Under the pieces are notes generated by a model, which saw only the letters and a program-made list of their open reading frames with translations, made no database searches and was not told where the DNA came from. The position numbers and the translations under genes are program-made. DNA of 58,824 nt, counting the filler, from Trypethelium eluteriae (Eukaryota): NCBI GenBank assembly GCA_051942245.1. It is 3 parts of 3 records of this genome, joined end to end, with 100 filler letters (N's around TTAATTAATTAA, not from the genome) between each part and the next. Parts side by side here need not be neighbours in the genome. Positions count along the whole stretch, not along the records: positions 39,321 to 58,824 come from JAVECL010000525.1; 2 more parts are not named here. One strand, written 5' to 3'. Of the stretch, positions 51,486 through 58,824 are shown piece by piece (the stretch's first letter is position 1; every line of letters begins with the position of its first letter).

Positions 51486-52324
51486 CTCTTGGCATATGTA
51501 GTTGCAAAGCTTTCCAACCCATCATATCATCATGTTCCAATACCTTACGAATTACTAAGACAAAATACTTCATGATACTTCCTTTGCGGAACTCCTCACT
51601 TGGTCGCTTGAGTCTTTAATCCTATAGATGCACTGAGAAGCTTGCATTGCAAGCCGGCATTTCGTTGTATTTGCAGAAATGTTATCCGAAACAAATACAA
51701 GGCTAGGCAATTCTAATATCTATTGACAATCTCCCTAGAGCAATTTTGCTGATTCCTTAATCTATAGGAAGATGATAGATTTCTCAATATTTGGCTTAAG
51801 GAATGTCAGAAGAGAGAGCAAATTTTGAATGGGGGACCTCCAGGGCCTTTCGTTTCAATAGAAGCATTTACCGTAAAGCACTAGGCTATCTTCAAGCCGC
51901 ATTGAAGCAATAGAAATACGCGTCTTTAAGTCAAACCGTACGAAGTGATTGTCGTGAGGTATCTGCGCAATGGCATCGGAAATTACGCACCAATTGGATA
52001 TGTCAAAGAATTCCCCGGTTATACAGCAGGGCAGTTTGGAGGCTAGCATTCAAAGAAGGGGGAATCTAAGCGCAACTTCACTGTCTTGAATGCTCTGGAG
52101 AAAGGTCGGAAACCACCGAAACTTTGTAATCTTAGCGCAAGAACTTCTCTACAGCATCAGAGATCGTGAACCATGGAAAGATGTCCATTTTCCCTGCGAC
52201 CACCACACCTACGGACTTGAACGCCTAAATCCCTCGTATCCGACGAACACCGCCGTAATGCGTTGGCCATTGAAAAAGCGTAAGCTTCGCCGACAAAAAG
52301 AGCGCTCCAGACTGGGCAGCAAGG

Positions 52325-53886
52325 TCAATAAGTCCTAGCAAGATTCCTCAAATACCAATCCACCAGCCTCCTTCCAACCTTCGCCTCCGAGACGTGGATG
52401 AGATCCTGCAGTAACCATCAGTATCGCACCAGCACTGCAAAGGGAAGAAAAGAAGTACTTACTCCTTGCATCGCGTAATCCAAATCGCTGCTATTCACCA
52501 CCTGCCCATCCAACAACCCTCCCTCGCTCCACCGCACCTGCCGGCTCCTCTGCTTGTTGACCAACAGCCAATTCCTCAACTGCTCCGGCTCAACCTCCAA
52601 GAACCCCGCCAATTTCTTCAGGTCCATCGTCGTGTACAGCTTCAGATAGCTCTTGACCGTCGGCGACCACATATTGTTCTTGACCTCCTCCATGAAGATA
52701 GCGAGATGATGCTCCACGGGGTCGATGTTGATCTCCGGGTTATCGAAGTCCGGTGGGGTGGGCGAGATGAATTTCGGACAGGCACTTCGGAAGAGCTCTT
52801 CGAAGAGGGGAAGCGACTCCGGCCCTCCGCGCTGCATGCGGTTGAACTGCTCGCCGTACTTCTCGCGCAGGGCTGTGTGGATGGTGTCGTCGAGGCGGGT
52901 GGGGTAGAAGGCAACGCAGATAGCGACGAGAGCGTACATCTGGTCGTTCTTTTTGGTGATGCTGTCGTACTGCTGGCTGGCATTCTTTTGGAAGTTTTTG
53001 GTGCGGGAGACGTAGATGAGAATGTGGCTGAACATGCGGATGGCGTCGGCGTAGCGGCGCATCATCATGTACGAGAAGCCGACGTAGTAGTAGGTGGTGA
53101 AGTTGGCGGCCATGACGCGTGCGAACATAGCCTTTTTGTTGAGCTCGATATCGTCGAGGGTTTTGAGGGCGAGACTGAAGTCGCCGAGCAGGCAGTGTAC
53201 TCGTAGGAGACCGATGATGCTGAAATAGCCGAGCATCTTGTATAGAGGACGGTTGCCGTATTCGCCGGCGTACGGAGCTGCATCTTCACCGCGCTTCATA
53301 GCGGCGAGTTGTTCGCTAATTTGTGAACGTTGTATGAGAGAGTAAAGGACGTTAAGGACGCTATAGCAACCCCAGGCGTTGGGGTTTTCGCGGAGGAGGG
53401 TGATATCATCGCTAGCTTCATTCTTGAGCGCAACCCGCTGGCGGTAGGAACAGAAGCTGTTAAACTGGTAGATAAATTCGTCGATAACGTCCCATGGCCA
53501 GTAATACTGCTTTTCAGTTAGGGTTTGCTTTTCGCCATGTCCGTGGAGCTTTGAGTTCTCACCGACGGCATTTCTGGATCTACAGGTCCGTCCGAATTCA
53601 ATATGTAATGGAACAAATTGCAGTAATTGTCGTAACTCTGGAATTTTGTCTCAAGGTTTGCCCCAAACTCCAATGGTGTTGCTGCAGCTATCAACTGCGC
53701 TTGGATGTCTGTGGCTCCGCCAGCCATCGACATTCCGGGATCAAAGCCGTCTATGCCATCTTCGTATTGCACTTGTTCCTGATAATCTCTCACCATCGCC
53801 TCCTCTTCAATATCCGAATCCTCCTCCGGTGCCTGTGTGGGTGCCTCGCCATGTTGGTACGGCGGAGCTGGTTGTCGCAGACTCAT
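52325..53886 (-). CDS. eIF3L: Eukaryotic translation initiation factor 3 subunit L
   Basis: Exons 53886-53563, 53506-52463, 52405-52325; WDVIDEFIYQF, LYKMLGYFSIIGLLRVHCLLGDF, ACPKFISP, SYLKLYTT. Confidence 0.95.
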
Positions 53887-54229
53887 ATCGTCGGTCGATG
53901 AGAGTATTAGGCTCTAGGTGGAAATCTTTGCTGCATCCGCCCTGGACCCCGGGTTTATCGACGCATGTTGGCCGTGCAGGGGTGAATTTTCGGCTGTCGT
54001 GTGCGTCGAACTTTTGCTCAACTCAAAGTTGATTTTCGAGCGAGAATTACATAAGCGAGCATGACAAAAGACCGGCCGAGTGAGTGTCAGGGTACGTAAT
54101 GTGGGGGAGGGGTTCTCAGAGATCTCAACTCTACGTTTCGCTGAGAATTTTCTGCGAATATAGGGACAATCTTTGATAGTTTTATATATATAGGTTTTGA
54201 CGATCATCTATTCAATTATAAAAACGGCT

Positions 54230-55273
54230 ATGGCTCCAGTCGTCAAGGTCGCCATTATCCAACTCTACCCTAAGCCCATGCAACTCGAGTCCAACTTTCA
54301 GAAAGCAGCTAATTTCATCCGTTCAGCAGCAGCTCAAGGCGCTCAATTGGCCGTCTTGCCAGAATATCACCTTACCAATTGGCTTCCCAAAGATCCCCAA
54401 TTCGGCGAGTTGTGTGACCAATGGGAGATCTATGTGAAGAAGTATCAGGACTTGGCAAGAGAATGCAGCATATCAATCGTCCCTGGTACTATTGTCGAGA
54501 GATATTTCGAAGAAGGAGAAGGAAAGTTATTAAATGCAGCATACTTCATTGACCCCCAAGGAGATATCGTAGGAAAATATGTCAAAAAGAATTTGTGGTG
54601 AGTGGTTACTGCCTTGGGTACGCTGGAAGGCCAAAACTAAGATATGCAAAGGGGACCAGAAAGGGAGCATTTGACATCCAGTGGAAGAGACGTGCATGAA
54701 GTTTTTGATACGCCGGTTGGCAGGGTAGGATTGCTGACCTGCTGGGACCTGGCTTTCCCAGAAGCATTTCGGGAATTGGTATACCAAGGAGCCAAAATCA
54801 TTATCATACCTTCTTTCTGTAAGAATCCTTTGGTAAACCCAATCATAGGTTTAGATAATAATAGCCTAGGGACGTTGAGCGATTGTTCAGAAGCAGGACT
54901 GGCCCGTAACCCCATGGCTGAAGCAATTTTCCTGGACAGCACTTTGACGGCAAGGACATTCGAAAATACCTGCGGTAAGTTGGATCCTGGAATGAGTCGT
55001 GGCGAAAGAACGCTGATTTGTTTAGCTGTTATTTTTACTAACGCTGGTGGCCCTCCTGGCCGGGGATACGCCGGTCTTTCTCAGGTCACAGTGCCTTTCA
55101 TCGGACCTCTTACTCGACTCGGAAGTTGTTCGGAAGGAATGTCCGTTATCGATCTTGACATGGCTATTCTTGAAGAGGCAGAGGAAACGTATAAAGTTCG
55201 TGCGGACCTTGCGAAACATGATTGGCACTACGACTATCGCTTTCCAAGAAATCGCACAGAGGAAAAACTTTGA
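54230..55273 (+). CDS. Carbon-nitrogen hydrolase (nitrilase superfamily)
   Basis: Multi-exon; catalytic triad motifs VLPEY, YVKKNLW, TCWDLAFPEAFR. Confidence 0.9.
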
Positions 55274-56236
55274 GCAATGCGTGTCTATCTTTCAGGGATA
55301 TCGAGATCGCACTTCAGAATTCCAGACAACGGTCTCCGATCTGGCACGGATGTGGATGAATGCAAGGAATTTGGAAGACATGAAGGAGACAGATAAGATG
55401 ATGGGCTCACCAGGTATTGAAACGAGCCGAAGCAAAGCGAACCCAATCTGAGAACGGGATCATGACATGACTTGGCTAAATGGCGGGGCGTAAACTTTAC
55501 TCGTGAAAGATATCTCCCCGCTATTCGCCCTTGCGACGACTTGATCGCTCGGAAAGCTAATGGGGATCGCTGACGAACGATGGTATAAAGATTCCCAAGA
55601 AATACGCCGGTGTTCTAAGGGAAACTGTCAGAAATGGTGTGATGCTGTAACCGGGAAGTCGAAGGTACAGGGAGGCGTCCTTCGAATTATGTATTATGAT
55701 TCATATCCTTATCAGCCCTATTCCAAATACTGTGGTTTAGGTCTCTTGCTGAATGCAGAACTTGTGTCCATCCGGGTTAGAAGTGACAGGTCGTATTGTC
55801 AGACGTGCCAGAGGGGTACCAGGAATTCGATGGAACGTGCCGGCTACACCAAACTTGCAATCGTTTGCCCCGTTGCTCGTAACGTAGTCGACGTCCTGTT
55901 TAATCTCCTGGAGTGTGATACCTTCGCCTGCGTCGTACACATTAAGCAGTAAAAGCGATGGCTTTGACGGAGAGTATGGAGACGTCAGTAGCTTGGGTAC
56001 TACAGAAGAGCGTAGACCAGTTGTGTTCGAGGCAGGATACCTAATTTAATCAGACGTCAATCCCAGCGTCGTTTGGAGCTACACAGCAAAGGTGAAACCC
56101 TCAAATCCTAGTGTCGATCTCACGCTAAAGCCAACCGCCACACCCGCCTAGTGCGTTACGGAGTACATACATAAGTACGCGCTTATGAAATTTCAAGTTG
56201 GTACCGTCCTTTGTCATTTTTAACGGAACGACATTG

Positions 56237-57800
56237 ATGGACCGCGATGCGTCTCCTTCAGCGTCATCACCTCAGACTGTTGCATCTCCAGTTGCGGAAA
56301 CGTCAGGTCTGACCCCTCATAACGAATCGGTGGAATCTCTGGCGCTTGCACCAAAGCGTGTGAGTGCAAGAGCTGGGAGTGACCGATCTTCCTTATTAGG
56401 CCAATTCACAGACAATCAGTTTTTCACAGCGGTAGGTAAGCATTGACAAGGGCCCAAGAATGACTCCCGGCCAAGCTAATGAGTCTATCTAGGGATTCGG
56501 CCTTGCTGGCCTTGGTGTCATTGTAGCTGCTGGACGTACTGGTATTCGACATGGCGCTGCTCTCATCAAGCGGCGCATGCTTGTTCATGTTGAGATAACT
56601 GCGCGTGATACTGCCTACCAATGGCTACTTCAATGGATGTCTGCCTACCAAAGGTCTCAACTCAACAACGGTGCAGCTTCTGCAGCGAGTGCGGGTGACC
56701 AAACGCGCTGGGAACGCTTGCTCCGTAAAGTTACGCCTAGCCTTCGTGACCTTCAGATTCAGACCTCGATAATCAATCGAGCAGACGGATCGCCTCAAAC
56801 TCATTTCTCCTTCGTTCCCGGTCCAGGACAGCACATCTTCCGCTATCGAAATGCTTTCATTGCTGTCAGCCGACAAAGAGAAAAATCGTTCAATCGAGAT
56901 GGTGTCCCTTTTGAAACAGTAACACTCACCACCTTATTTTCTCAACGCCATGTCTTTGAGGATCTTTTCATGGAAGCCCACCGTATGGCTCAACAAATGA
57001 GAGAGGGCAAGACCGTCCTGTATACTTCTTACATGACAGAATGGCGTCAATTCGGTCAACCCAAGCGCAAACGACCCATTGACTCTGTTGTCCTCGAGGA
57101 GGGCCTCAAAGAGCGCATAATTGACGACCTAAAAGTATTTCTCTCGACCCGTACCTGGTACCTTGACCGGGGTATCCCTTACCGCCGGGGCTACCTCCTT
57201 TACGGGCCCCCAGGCACAGGTAAATCGTCCTTCATTCAAGCTCTGGCTGGTGAGCTTGATTTTAATATCGGCATCCTCAATCTCAGCGAGCGTGGATTGA
57301 CTGATGACCGTCTGAATCATCTACTTACCAACATCCCGCCGCGGACGATTGTGCTGCTAGAAGATGCAGATGCAGCTTTTATCAACCGCGCAAAAGCGCA
57401 AGAGGATGGGTTCAAGAGCACAAGCGTGACCTTCTCGGGCCTCCTCAATGCACTCGATGGGGTGGCTAGTGCCGAGGAACGGGTCATCTTTCTCACGACC
57501 AACCACGTTTCCCGACTTGATGACGCCTTGATTCGCCCTGGAAGGGTGGATATGGCAGTGCGGCTGGGCGAGGCAGATACCTACCAGATCGAACAGCTCT
57601 GGGATCGGTTCTACTCAGAATATGATAGGGACGGTGAGGGGAAAAGGCGATTTGTGCAGAAGATGCAAGCGCTGGGGCTCGTGGGACGGAGCAGTACAGC
57701 CCAGTTACAGGGACTTTTTCTGCACAATAGGAGCAATATGGCTGGCGCTATCGAGATGGCAGATCGGTTGAAGGAACCTCTGCCCACGAAGGTTGAATAA
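56237..57800 (+). CDS. bcs1: Mitochondrial AAA chaperone Bcs1
   Basis: Exons 56237-56431 and 56493-57800; NQFFTA|GFGL TM region, RGIPYRRGYLLYGPPGTGKSS, LLEDADAAF, VTFSGLLNALDGV, IRPGRVD. Confidence 0.95.
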
Positions 57801-58417
57801 GTCCAACAATAATTTTTACGAATATCGCATCATGTATCACCGCTTTGTTTGGATAGAGCAACCGTGCATATAACCCCCTTTTGGTTTTCAAGGCTTCTTT
57901 CTAGGGCGTTCGAGTGAGAAAGGTTCCTTACTGTGATAGATACCTAGGTAAAATTGGCACATCACTGCTGCAAATTAACGCACTTGCTTCCACTATAGAC
58001 GTCACCGTGCATCTCGATGCTCGATAAGATTTCTTTGACAAGCCCATTTATCGCAAGGCAGTGTAGGATTGACAGGCTGAAATGAACTTTGGTGGGGTGG
58101 TGAGAACAAATAATGCTGGCGTATCCCTGCACAAACCTAGAAACCTCAATTCGGGACAAACCTGCTTGAGGCGCCCTCAGCTCCCACGCGCCTGAAAACT
58201 ACGCTTTCTGAAAAGGCGGGACACAAATACTTCAGGATCCTTATCCGAGCAAGCTTGGGCAATATGTTCCCTAGGGAACAATTGCCGCTCCAAATTTACA
58301 ATCACAAGCAGCAATCTCTCTGAATCCCACCTCTGTATCTAGAATCACCACCCACTCAGGCGATACGCACTCCAATCGAGCTCAAGCTTCTCAGAAAAAC
58401 TAAGCAACAGAATCACC

Positions 58418-58824
58418 ATGGCTCCAGACCTCAGTGGTGTCACTGGCACTCGCGAGTCTTCGTCAAACTCACCAAGCCAAAGTTCCAATGCTCTGGCCTC
58501 CTCATCGAACCCTCCACCTCCCACCTCCAACCCGCCTTCACGAACCTCCTCACGACCTCTGTCCGGCTCCATGGGTCCACCGCCTCTCCCTCTCGCCTCG
58601 CCAAGTGGCAGTCTCTCCTCTCGAAACCGGCGTCCCAGCATTCCCGCCCCGCTAAGCCCACCTTTGCATTCTAGCGTAGCTGGCGAAGGCGGAGGAATTC
58701 CCATGCGACATCCACAACCTCGCACAGCAGCCGAACTATACGGAGAGATGGAGAAAGAACAAGAAGGCATCGTTCGTAGCCCCTCTCATTTTCACTTCCT
58801 TTCCCCCCCTTCTTCATTTACCCC
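58418..58824 (+). CDS. Ser/Pro-rich hypothetical protein, partial (runs off window)
   Basis: ATG 58418 in CACCATGG context; open frame to the window end including MRHPQPRTAAELYGEMEKEQEG; probable intron near 58772. Confidence 0.6.
   Translation, partial: MAPDLSGVTGTRESSSNSPSQSSNALASSSNPPPPTSNPPSRTSSRPLSGSMGPPPLPLASPSGSLSSRNRRPSIPAPLSPPLHSSVAGEGGGIPMRHPQPRTAAELYGEMEKEQEGIVRSPSHFHFLSPPSSFT

Noticed and set aside
52466..53206. Long antisense ORFs over eIF3L (and similarly over the ankyrin array and 58345-58770)
   Set aside because: Shadow frames caused by codon bias or repeats of the real gene on the opposite strand.
55560..56080. Minus-strand ORF 55737-55940 as a gene fragment
   Set aside because: Stops on both sides and no recognisable motif.

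Overview
Intron-rich DNA from a filamentous ascomycete, assembled from three pieces joined by artificial N-TTAATTAATTAA-N linkers (19584-19683, 39221-39320). Left piece (1-19.6 kb) is accessory: FAD monooxygenase, decayed MFS transporter, secreted S41 peptidase with a Cys-rich tail, a NACHT-ankyrin NLR-like gene with a ZZ finger inside its NACHT domain, a convergent HET-domain gene and two small conserved genes. Middle piece is a RIP-mutated transposon nest: a hAT element interrupted by two chromodomain Ty3/gypsy copies with 495-bp LTRs (one full length with ATAAT TSD), plus a third same-family LTR end inside the first copy. Comparing the two gypsy copies reconstructs an antisense ORF encoding a GAL4-type Zn2Cys6 protein. 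A DUF3328/UstYa fragment and a sugar transporter are fused through a small solo LTR lacking a TSD. Right piece is mostly core genes (atg11, CENP-H, nhp6, sec11, eIF3L, nitrilase, bcs1) plus one frameshifted tandem-ankyrin gene. All calls are from manual motif reading; no searches were run.
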